A stretch of DNA of 64,000 nt. Source: Methylotenera sp. GTDB taxonomy: Bacteria > Pseudomonadota > Gammaproteobacteria > Burkholderiales > Methylophilaceae. Each line of letters starts with the position of its first letter. Within the stretch, counting starts at the first letter, position 1. Below, in pieces: positions 20,708 through 28,570 of this stretch. Location of the stretch: assembly GCA_036567185.1 (NCBI GenBank), contig DATCVB010000026.1, positions 4,935 through 68,934 of the forward strand, read 5' to 3'. The position numbers and the translations under genes were made by a program. Under the pieces are notes generated by a model. It did not search any database, was not told where the DNA came from, and worked only from the letters and a program-made list of their open reading frames with translations.

Positions 20708-21535
20708 ATGATAAACCGTACCGCGTTCTTTATTTCTGACGGCACTGGTATTACAGCAGGTTCTTTGGGTAAATTGCTGGAACACTTTCCAAATACGCAC
20801 TTTACCCAGGAGCGTCTGCCATTCACCAATACGCCAGAAAAAATTAAACTGGCGCAGGATGCAATAGCGCGCGCTGAAAAAACAGACGGCGGTCGTCCGG
20901 TTGTGATTATGTCATTAGGTGATTTAAACCTGCGTAACATGATCAAGCAATCTAATGCTTACTTTATCGACCTGTTCACTACGTTTATTGATCCGCTTGG
21001 TGTTGAACTCGAGCAGCCACCACTGACCGGTGCAGGTATTGCGCACAGTGTGATGGGCAGCAGTTATAACGATCGTATGGAAGCTGTGAATTTTACACTG
21101 AACCACGACGATGGCATGACTAACAACGGCCTGGAACAAGCAGAAGTAATCCTAATTGGCGTTTCCCGTTGCGGTAAGACGCCAACCAGTGTTTACCTGG
21201 CGATGCAATTCGGCGTTAAGGCTGCTAACTATCCGCTGATACCGGAAGACTTTGAGCGTGGTCATTTACCGGAAGTGTTAAACAAGCACTTAGATAAAAT
21301 ATTCGGTTTAACCATTAAACCAGAACGTCTGCATGCAGTGCGCAATGAACGTAGATCAGGCAGCTTTTACGCTTCTCTGGATAACTGCCGCAAAGAAATC
21401 GCTACTGCTGAAAACCTGATGCGCAACGCTGGCATTACATGGGCAGATTCAACCAGCCGTTCAGTTGAAGAGCTTTCTGCAATCATCATCGAAAAAATCC
21501 GACATCCAAGCAAAAAACCAAACGGCACTGCCTGA
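20708..21535 (+). CDS. ppsR: PEP synthase regulatory kinase/pyrophosphorylase (PSRP, DUF299)
   Basis: ISDGTGITA, HDDG, P-loop-like GVSRCGKTPTS, ANYPL; adjacent to ppsA. Confidence 0.93.
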   Translation: MINRTAFFISDGTGITAGSLGKLLEHFPNTHFTQERLPFTNTPEKIKLAQDAIARAEKTDGGRPVVIMSLGDLNLRNMIKQSNAYFIDLFTTFIDPLGVELEQPPLTGAGIAHSVMGSSYNDRMEAVNFTLNHDDGMTNNGLEQAEVILIGVSRCGKTPTSVYLAMQFGVKAANYPLIPEDFERGHLPEVLNKHLDKIFGLTIKPERLHAVRNERRSGSFYASLDNCRKEIATAENLMRNAGITWADSTSRSVEELSAIIIEKIRHPSKKPNGTA

Positions 21536-21560
21536 ACTAAGCCTGATCAGAGAACATAAA

Positions 21561-21591
21561 TAAAAAAAGGAACCTTGAGTTCCTTTTTTTA
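21561..21591. terminator. Bidirectional intrinsic terminator
   Basis: TAAAAAAAGGAAC-CTTGA-GTTCCTTTTTTTA between convergent ppsR and the glutathione peroxidase gene. Confidence 0.85.
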
Positions 21592-21612
21592 TGTTCAAAA
21601 TCCTGAATATAT

Positions 21613-22179
21613 CTACTTCAAAACCGGTTTTATTTTACCCATAATCTCAGCAGCATCAGGTTTTACATCGCTGGTGTAAGCATAAACTTCTTTACCGCCG
21701 GGCAAAATGACATATTTAAAGAAATTCCAGCTAGGCGCCTGGCCGGTTTTAGCTGCAAGCTGTTTATAAAAAGGATTTGCATTGGCACCGCTAACAGAAG
21801 TTTTAGTAATCATCGGAAACTTGACTGCATAAGTCTGTTTACAGAAATCACCGATTTGTTTGTCATCACTGAGCTCTTGCCTGAAGTCGTTGGATGGAAA
21901 ACCAATCACCAGCAAGCCCTTGTCTTTATACTTACTGTAAAGCCCTTCCAGCGACTCAAACTGTGGTGTAAAACCACATTTACTTGCTGTATTCACTACT
22001 AAAATCGGCTTATCCTGATAGTCACAAAGGTTGATTTTACTGCCCTGCAGCGTCGTAAACTGATGATTGTAAAGCTCCGAACACGCGGCATTTGCCATAT
22101 GCGTCACCGTTAATAAAATAGTTGATAACACGATCTTTTGACCCACATTTAATACTTTTTCAAATCCATTCATAATCAC
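21613..22179 (-). CDS. Glutathione peroxidase (Cys type, probably exported)
   Basis: VVNTASKCGFTPQ, GFPSNDF, WNFFKY; hydrophobic N-terminal leader. Confidence 0.9.
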   Translation of the reverse strand: MIMNGFEKVLNVGQKIVLSTILLTVTHMANAACSELYNHQFTTLQGSKINLCDYQDKPILVVNTASKCGFTPQFESLEGLYSKYKDKGLLVIGFPSNDFRQELSDDKQIGDFCKQTYAVKFPMITKTSVSGANANPFYKQLAAKTGQAPSWNFFKYVILPGGKEVYAYTSDVKPDAAEIMGKIKPVLK

Positions 22180-22245
22180 TCACTAAAATTTTATTGCATA
22201 AAATACTAGACTAAAGAGTCGCAATAAAATTCCTGAATATGAAAT

Positions 22246-22641
22246 TTAATGTTTTAAATACTGAATAAAAGCCACGCCTGCTGCTGCCATCAGTAGCGCA
22301 CCAAACACATGGCTGCAGGTATGCAGCATCGCCAGCACGTACTCCTGCTTATGCAGCAGAGACAGGCTTTCACCGGTAAATGCCGAGAATGTTGTCAGGC
22401 CGCCTAAAAACCCGGTGGTAACAAACAGACGCAGACTGGCACTATCCAGGCTACCGACACCAATCAGCCCCATTGCCACACCCATCAGCAAGCCACCAAT
22501 TAAGTTGGCAAGCAATGTACCCAGAGGAAAGTTAGGCAATATCGCGTTCAAGACCAAACCAAGCCCCCATCTGGACCAGGCACCAAACGCCGCACCAGCA
22601 CCAATTGCCAGCATGTTTGTAAAATTTATCACTGGATTCAT
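22246..22641 (-). CDS. crcB: Fluoride efflux channel Fluc/CrcB
   Basis: GAAFGAWSRW, PLGTLLANL, TGFLGGLTTFSAF. Confidence 0.93.
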   Translation of the reverse strand: MNPVINFTNMLAIGAGAAFGAWSRWGLGLVLNAILPNFPLGTLLANLIGGLLMGVAMGLIGVGSLDSASLRLFVTTGFLGGLTTFSAFTGESLSLLHKQEYVLAMLHTCSHVFGALLMAAAGVAFIQYLKH

Positions 22642-22730
22642 CTTATAGCCGCACCATTATGTTCGTGTAGTAGAATTACAGACGCCAACCGTGTGTTTTA
22701 CAGTCTTCACAGAACTTTAGCGAGAAAATC

Positions 22731-24188
22731 ATGCCAATGAAAGTATTATTTGTCAGTTCAGAAGTTTTTCCTCTGATTAAAACCGGGGGCTTGGCTGATG
22801 TCAGCGGTTCACTGCCTAATGCATTGCAGAGGTTAGGCGTTGATATCCGCATATTAATGCCTGGCTATCCAGCTGTCTTAAATCAGTTGATCGACCTGAA
22901 GCCTATTGGCGCACTGCATCATTTGCCGCATATCGACCATGCAGAACTTTTACTTGGTACCATAAAAGAAACCAACGTAAAAGTCATTGTCATTAAGTCA
23001 GCGGCTCTATACGAACGCAATGGTGGCCCATATGCAGATCCTAATGGACTGGAATGGCAGGACAACCCCGTGCGTTTTGGCGTACTGTCAAAGATTGCGT
23101 CTATTCTTGCTAGCGAACATTCCCCTATTACAAACTGGCATCCGGATATTGTACATTGCAACGACTGGCAGACAGGTTTGGCGCCAACTTACATGAAGCT
23201 AACCGAACATAGCCGTGCAAAATCCATTATCAGCCTGCACAATATGGCCTTTCAAGGAAGCTACGCTCCAAACTGGGTAGTATCACTTGGTTTACCCAGT
23301 GCAGGCTTCTCTATCGAAGGATTCGAATATCACGGCCAGCTATCGTTTCTGAAAGCCGGTATTTTTTATGCAGATGCTATCACCACAGTGAGCCCACGCT
23401 ACGCTGTAGAGATACAGACGGCAGCTTTTGGCTTTGGCCTTGAAGGGCTTTTATCGCAACGTAGTGATGAGATAAAAGGTATTCTCAATGGCATCGACAC
23501 AGAAGAGTGGAATCCTGAACACGACAAATACTTGATCAAAAATTACAGCAGTCAGAATCTGAGTGGCAAGCAAGAGGTTAAGGCGGCATTGCAACAGAGC
23601 CTTGGGCTCAATGTTGATGCAGATGCACCATTGCTGGGCGTAGTAAGCCGGCTAACACACCAGAAAGGTCTCGATATGCTGATACCGCATTTACAGACTT
23701 TAATAGATCAGGGTTGTCAGTTTGCATTGCTTGGTGGCGGCGAATTGGGCCTCGAAGCATTGTTTCAGAATATAGCGATTCAGAACCCGGGACGTGCCAG
23801 CGTCACCATAGGTTATAACGAGCCGTTATCGCATCAGATCATGGCTGGCTGTGATATGTTCATCATGCCTTCACGCTTTGAACCTTGCGGCCTCAATCAG
23901 CTTTACGGACTGGCTTACGGAACACCACCTATCGTCAATGCTACCGGTGGCTTGGCTGACTCAGTCGTCGATAGCAATCAAGCGCACATTACCAACAACA
24001 CTGCTAACGGTTTTGTGATGGTCGAAGCGAGTGCCGATGGCCTGATGGCCTGTATCAGGCGCGCTGTAGACATGTACCGGAATGATAAAAATACCTGGTT
24101 ACAGATTCAAAAAACCGGCATGTCGCAGAATTTAAGCTGGGATAAAAGCGCTCAGGAATATCTGGCTGTGTATGAAGGGCTAGTCTAA
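22731..24188 (+). CDS. glgA: Glycogen synthase
   Basis: KTGGLADV, HCNDWQ, SRLTHQKG, PSRFEPCGLNQ, TGGLADSV. Confidence 0.96.
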   Translation: MPMKVLFVSSEVFPLIKTGGLADVSGSLPNALQRLGVDIRILMPGYPAVLNQLIDLKPIGALHHLPHIDHAELLLGTIKETNVKVIVIKSAALYERNGGPYADPNGLEWQDNPVRFGVLSKIASILASEHSPITNWHPDIVHCNDWQTGLAPTYMKLTEHSRAKSIISLHNMAFQGSYAPNWVVSLGLPSAGFSIEGFEYHGQLSFLKAGIFYADAITTVSPRYAVEIQTAAFGFGLEGLLSQRSDEIKGILNGIDTEEWNPEHDKYLIKNYSSQNLSGKQEVKAALQQSLGLNVDADAPLLGVVSRLTHQKGLDMLIPHLQTLIDQGCQFALLGGGELGLEALFQNIAIQNPGRASVTIGYNEPLSHQIMAGCDMFIMPSRFEPCGLNQLYGLAYGTPPIVNATGGLADSVVDSNQAHITNNTANGFVMVEASADGLMACIRRAVDMYRNDKNTWLQIQKTGMSQNLSWDKSAQEYLAVYEGLV

Positions 24189-24252
24189 ATCACCACAGTA
24201 ATGCGTGCCGCTAAGAAAACAGGGAGACAAACAATATTAGGAAGGTGTCGCT

Positions 24253-24268
24253 TGGCATAGTTAATGCT
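24253..24268 (+). promoter_or_regulatory. Sigma54 (-24/-12) promoter
   Basis: TGGCATAGTTAATGCT matches the TGGCAC-N5-TTGC(A/T) consensus, with exact GG-N10-GC spacing. Confidence 0.7.
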
Positions 24269-24278
24269 TTAATAAACT

Positions 24279-24351
24279 TAAGCCTAGTGCTTCTCCAAAT
24301 TATTGCTTTTCTCCCTTTGGGCGTCTACTGACATGGACGCCCTCTTTTTTT
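24279..24351 (+). ncRNA. Candidate sigma54-dependent small RNA (about 73 nt)
   Basis: Lies between the sigma54 motif and a strong terminator; contains no ORF; two CU-rich motifs GCTTCTCC and GCTTTTCTCCC. Confidence 0.55.
24319..24351 (+). terminator. Intrinsic terminator
   Basis: Stem GGGCGTCTA/TGGACGCCC (one G-U pair), 6-nt loop, then TCTTTTTTT. Confidence 0.8.
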
Positions 24352-24379
24352 AGCCTTTACGCTATTTTATTTAAAAATA

Positions 24380-24943
24380 CTATTTAACGATAAAGTGTTC
24401 GCGATAATATTTAAGCTCATCGATGGATTCATAAATATCGGCCAGCGCTTCATGTTTGCTCGCTTTTTTGAATCCTGAGTAAATTTCCGGCTTCCAGCGG
24501 CGTGCCAGTTCCTTAAACACGCTGACATCCAGATTGCGATAATGAAAATAACTTTCCAGCTGTGGCATATAACGTGCCATGAAGCGCCTATCCTGACAGA
24601 TAGAATTGCCGCACATCGGTGACTTGCCGCTAGGCACAAACTGCTTTAAGAATTCGATCATCTGCGCTGATGCTTCATCCTCAGTCAATGTCGAAGCTTT
24701 TACTTTTTCAATCAAGCCAGAACGGCCATGCGCGCCCTTGTTCCAGGCATCCATGCCATCTAACACGGCATCGCTCTGATGTACCACAAAAACCGGCGAT
24801 TCCCCCAGTACATTGAGTTCAGCATCAGTGACCACTGCGGCTAGTTCTAAAATACGGTCTGAATCAGGTAATAAACCACTCATTTCCATATCCAGCCAAA
24901 TTAAATTATTCTGATTCGTTCCGTTGGTTGCTGCTGTCATCAT
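24380..24943 (-). CDS. orn: Oligoribonuclease
   Basis: [41 protein letters not shown] (DEDDh exonuclease). Confidence 0.95.
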   Translation of the reverse strand: MMTAATNGTNQNNLIWLDMEMSGLLPDSDRILELAAVVTDAELNVLGESPVFVVHQSDAVLDGMDAWNKGAHGRSGLIEKVKASTLTEDEASAQMIEFLKQFVPSGKSPMCGNSICQDRRFMARYMPQLESYFHYRNLDVSVFKELARRWKPEIYSGFKKASKHEALADIYESIDELKYYREHFIVK

Positions 24944-25050
24944 GATTTCCATTAAAATTAGCGTTATAAAGCAAACTGCGTGAACCATCGTATCTAAAAT
25001 GCTTCACAATACATAATATTAACTGAAATCAATTTTAACTAACTAGATTA

Positions 25051-26304
25051 ATGATGGCATATACACTTACTTTTACTTTTGTAACCTTACTGGTAGTGAC
25101 TACCGGCATTCGCATCTGGCTGGGAAATCGCCATATTGCCCATGTGCAATCCCACCGCAATGAAGTTCCGGCAGCATTCAGCAGCAGCATTTCACTGGAC
25201 GCCCATCAGAAAGCCGCTGATTACTCCAACGCAAAAACAAAGTTGGTGATTATTGAAGCGACTGCGCAGGCAGCACTGCTAGCTTTACTCACCATAGGCG
25301 GCGGCCTGCAGTTGATTGATGAAATTTGGCGTAACCTGTTGCCAGCTAACGAAATTGCACGCGGTGCACTGGTGATATGTAGTGCCATGATAGTCAGCAG
25401 CCTGATCGACATTCCTTTTGATTATTACAAAACCTTCACCGTAGATGAAAAGTTCGGCTTTAATAAAATGACACGCAGCATGTTTTTCAGTGACATGCTT
25501 AAACATACGATTGTAGGCGTGCTACTCGGTGCGCCTATCCTGTTCGCAGCATTATGGCTGATGCAGGGTGCCGGCGCTTACTGGTGGTTGTATCTATGGA
25601 TTGTATGGAGCGCATTCAACCTGCTGATGCTCGCGGTTTACCCGACTTTTATTGCGCCTTTCTTCAATAAATTCACACCATTAGCAGATGCAGAGCTGAA
25701 ACAAAGAATTGAAACGCTGCTCACAAAGTGCGGCTTTAAATCACAAGGTCTGTTTGTGATGGATGGCTCAGCACGCAGCAGCCACGGTAATGCCTACTTC
25801 ACTGGATTTGGCTCATCCAAACGTGTAGTGTTTTTTGATACGCTGCTGGAAAGATTGAATGCCGATGAAATTGAAGCAGTGCTCGCGCACGAACTCGGCC
25901 ACTTCCGTCATCACCATGTCATCAAACGCATCGCGCTGATGTTTTTTGTAAGTTTTGTAGGTCTGGCACTGTTGGGCTGGCTCATGAATCAGGACTGGTT
26001 CTATGCAGGCCTGGGTATTGAGCAGGCAAGTAACTATATGGCTTTATTGCTATTTTTGTTAGTATCACCGGTATTCTTATTCCTGCTGCGCCCGCTTATG
26101 GCGAGTTACTCACGCAAAAATGAATTTGAAGCAGATGATTACGCAGCAAAACATGCCAATGCTAAATATCTGGTAGAAGCTTTAGTCAAACTATATCGTG
26201 ACAATGCATCTACATTGACGCCGGATCCGCTGCATTCTGCATTTTATGACTCTCATCCGCCAGCAAGTATACGAATTTCAAAATTAGCGGCGTATACTAG
26301 TTAA
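25051..26304 (+). CDS. M48 (Ste24-like) membrane zinc metallopeptidase
   Basis: MDGSARSSHGNAYFTGFG, HELGH (HExxH), EFEAD, SHPP. Confidence 0.92.
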   Translation: MMAYTLTFTFVTLLVVTTGIRIWLGNRHIAHVQSHRNEVPAAFSSSISLDAHQKAADYSNAKTKLVIIEATAQAALLALLTIGGGLQLIDEIWRNLLPANEIARGALVICSAMIVSSLIDIPFDYYKTFTVDEKFGFNKMTRSMFFSDMLKHTIVGVLLGAPILFAALWLMQGAGAYWWLYLWIVWSAFNLLMLAVYPTFIAPFFNKFTPLADAELKQRIETLLTKCGFKSQGLFVMDGSARSSHGNAYFTGFGSSKRVVFFDTLLERLNADEIEAVLAHELGHFRHHHVIKRIALMFFVSFVGLALLGWLMNQDWFYAGLGIEQASNYMALLLFLLVSPVFLFLLRPLMASYSRKNEFEADDYAAKHANAKYLVEALVKLYRDNASTLTPDPLHSAFYDSHPPASIRISKLAAYTS

Positions 26305-26328
26305 TACACTGTTTTAAAGGCGTTGGAT

Positions 26329-26639
26329 ATGAAAACTCTATGCTTAATCACAGGTTTGTTACTGGCAAACAGCTACGCGCTGGCAGAGCCTTTCAAGGCT
26401 GCCGACGCGAGCGCCGGTAAAGCACTGGTTGAAAAAACTGTATCAGCTGCCATGCCTCAAGCTTCGGCGGTGATGGCTCTGCAATTTACACGCGTGATTA
26501 CCGCAAGGTTAAATCCGCAAAAGGCCTGGTAGCACAAATTCGTAACTGCAATACCATGCTCGACTTAAAATGGTTTGAGGATGAAGAGCTTAATGTTGCA
26601 AAATATCTCAACCAGACTTACTACAAATTTACTGAATAG
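26329..26639 (+). pseudogene. Frameshifted monoheme c-type cytochrome (green-heme-protein-like); either a pseudogene or a homopolymer sequencing error
   Basis: Signal peptide followed by an A6 run at 26432-26437. Adding one A gives ...VEKNCISCHASSFGGDGSAIYTRDYRKVKS...RNCNTMLDLKWFEDEELNVAKYLNQTYYKFTE* with CxxCH. Confidence 0.85.
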
Positions 26640-26671
26640 TTAAGAATAATAAAATTAAAAATAATAAATTA

Positions 26672-27571
26672 GTGCAATCACCAGACAACACGCAAACGCA
26701 AGGCGACTTGCAAGGTACAGTAGTCGCAGCTTATGGCAAACGCTATAAAGTTGAACTCGCTGAAACTATGCACCGCATCAGTTGCGTAACGCGCGGCAAA
26801 AAAACCGATGTTGCCTGTGGAGACCATGTCACAGTCAAGCTCACAGACAAGCGCGAAGGCGTTATCGAAAACATCGTGCCACGTACAACCCTGCTTTACC
26901 GCAGCAATGCTTTTAAAAGCAAAACGCTGGCAGCCAATGTAACGCAGATCATCATCGTACTCGCCACGCAACCGAGTTTTTATGAAGCACTGCTTAACCG
27001 CTGCCTGATTGCAGCAGAAGCTGCCGGAATCAAAGCATTAATCGTGCTGAACAAATGTGATTTAGCCGATAACGATAATGCAAAACAGAAACTAGAGCTT
27101 TACACCAAACTGGGCTATCAGGTATTACCGCTATCCGCTAAAGAAGATATTTCTACGCTAACACCTTTTTTACAAGGTGAGGTCAGCATACTGGTAGGTC
27201 AGTCCGGTATGGGCAAATCGACGATGATTAACGCACTGCTGCCAAATGAAGCTGTACGCACACAGGAAGTCAGCAAAGTACTCGACAGCGGCAAACATAC
27301 GACGACTGCTGCACATTTATATCATCTCGATGCAAACAGCATTCTGATCGACTCGCCGGGCCTGCAGGAGTTCGGCCTGCATCACCTGAGCACCGATGAA
27401 CTCGAACATGCATTTATCGAATTCAGACCTTTTCTGGGCAAGTGCCGCTTTAATAACTGCAAACATTTGCAGGAACCTGACTGTGCTATTAGCGAAGCGG
27501 CCACTGCCAATAAGATATCAACGGAAAGGTTGGCGATCTACAAAATGCTGCGTACTGAAATTTCACATTAG
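26672..27571 (+). CDS. rsgA: Small ribosomal subunit-dependent GTPase
   Basis: Circularly permuted GTPase NKCD..GQSGMGKS..GKHTTT..DSPG; zinc finger CRFNNCKH..EPDC. Confidence 0.95.
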   Translation: MQSPDNTQTQGDLQGTVVAAYGKRYKVELAETMHRISCVTRGKKTDVACGDHVTVKLTDKREGVIENIVPRTTLLYRSNAFKSKTLAANVTQIIIVLATQPSFYEALLNRCLIAAEAAGIKALIVLNKCDLADNDNAKQKLELYTKLGYQVLPLSAKEDISTLTPFLQGEVSILVGQSGMGKSTMINALLPNEAVRTQEVSKVLDSGKHTTTAAHLYHLDANSILIDSPGLQEFGLHHLSTDELEHAFIEFRPFLGKCRFNNCKHLQEPDCAISEAATANKISTERLAIYKMLRTEISH

Positions 27572-27576
27572 CAGCC

Positions 27577-28497
27577 ATGAAAACCGCATTTATCTCACAT
27601 CCGGATACTTTGCTGCATATCATGGATGGCAGCCATCCTGAATCGCCTGCCCGCATTAGCGCAATCAAAAATGCCCTGATCAAAAACGGCATTTACCAGA
27701 AACTCGATATTTACGAAGCGCTGCCAGCCACAGATCGCGAACTGCAGCGCGTTCATAGTAGTGAGTATGTACAGAAGATACGTGCATTGTCCCCTAAAGC
27801 AGGTTTAGTCAGACTGGATGCAGATACTGCAATGGGACCTATGAGTCTGTCAGCGGCACTACATGCCAGTGGCGCAGTGGTGTTTGCCACTGACCTCGTC
27901 ATGCGTAACCTGGCAGACAATGCTTTTTGCTGCATCAGACCACCCGGGCATCATGCCGGACGCGCCAACAGCGCCGGATTCTGTATTTTCAACCATGTTG
28001 CGGTAGGCGTGGCACATTCTTTTGAAAAGTATGGCATCAAACGCGCAGCGATTATCGATTTTGACGTACATCACGGCGACGGTACCGAAGATATTTTCAA
28101 GAACGACCCGCGCGTGATGATGTGCTCGACCTTTCAGCATCCGTTCTATCCGCATCGCGGCGCCGATACGCGCAGTGATCGCATGCTCAACATTCCGCTA
28201 CCGGCAAAATCTGATGGCAAAAAATTTCAGCAGGTGTTTGAACAAGAGTTTTTACCTGCTTTGAATCAGTTCAAGCCGGAAATTATTTACATCTCTGCAG
28301 GTTTTGACGCCCACGCGGATGATCCGCTGGCTGATATGCGATTATTAGATGCAGACTACGCGTGGATGACTGGATTCATTAAAAAAGTGGCGGCTCAACA
28401 TGCCCAAGGCCGTGTCATATCGTCACTGGAAGGTGGCTATCACCTTGGCGCCTTGGCTGACGCCGCATGCAGTCACGTTGAAGCGCTATTACTTTAG
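27577..28497 (+). CDS. Histone deacetylase-family (AcuC/AphA-like) amidohydrolase
   Basis: HPESPAR, RPPGHHA, GFC, DFDVHHGDGT, SAGFDAH, LEGGY. Confidence 0.92.
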   Translation: MKTAFISHPDTLLHIMDGSHPESPARISAIKNALIKNGIYQKLDIYEALPATDRELQRVHSSEYVQKIRALSPKAGLVRLDADTAMGPMSLSAALHASGAVVFATDLVMRNLADNAFCCIRPPGHHAGRANSAGFCIFNHVAVGVAHSFEKYGIKRAAIIDFDVHHGDGTEDIFKNDPRVMMCSTFQHPFYPHRGADTRSDRMLNIPLPAKSDGKKFQQVFEQEFLPALNQFKPEIIYISAGFDAHADDPLADMRLLDADYAWMTGFIKKVAAQHAQGRVISSLEGGYHLGALADAACSHVEALLL

Positions 28498-28511
28498 TCT
28501 ATAGCACTAAC

Positions 28512-28534
28512 AAAAAAGAGCGCTCAACGCGCTC
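28512..28534 (-). terminator. Probable intrinsic terminator of the diguanylate cyclase gene
   Basis: AAAAAA-GAGCGC-TCAAC-GCGCTC on the + strand, read as a hairpin plus U-tract on the - strand. Confidence 0.55.
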
Positions 28535-28570
28535 CGCAAGAGTAGCCAGCTTTCAGAATCAGCCGCCTGT

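Noticed and set aside
21613..22179. Selenocysteine glutathione peroxidase
   Set aside because: The active-site codon is TGT (Cys) and there is no in-frame TGA
22642..22730. Fluoride riboswitch upstream of crcB
   Set aside because: The 89-bp spacer lacks the GGCGATGG..TCGCC...GCTGATGAC pattern on the crcB strand
24367..24639. 90-aa ORF overlapping orn
   Set aside because: Alternative frame within a well-supported gene
26428..26440. Programmed -1 ribosomal frameshift in the cytochrome gene
   Set aside because: The codon phase GAA AAA ACT does not fit X_XXY_YYZ; an indel or slippage is more plausible
26323..26532. 69-aa hypothetical protein as a gene in its own right
   Set aside because: Its second half is the out-of-frame reading of the frameshifted cytochrome c
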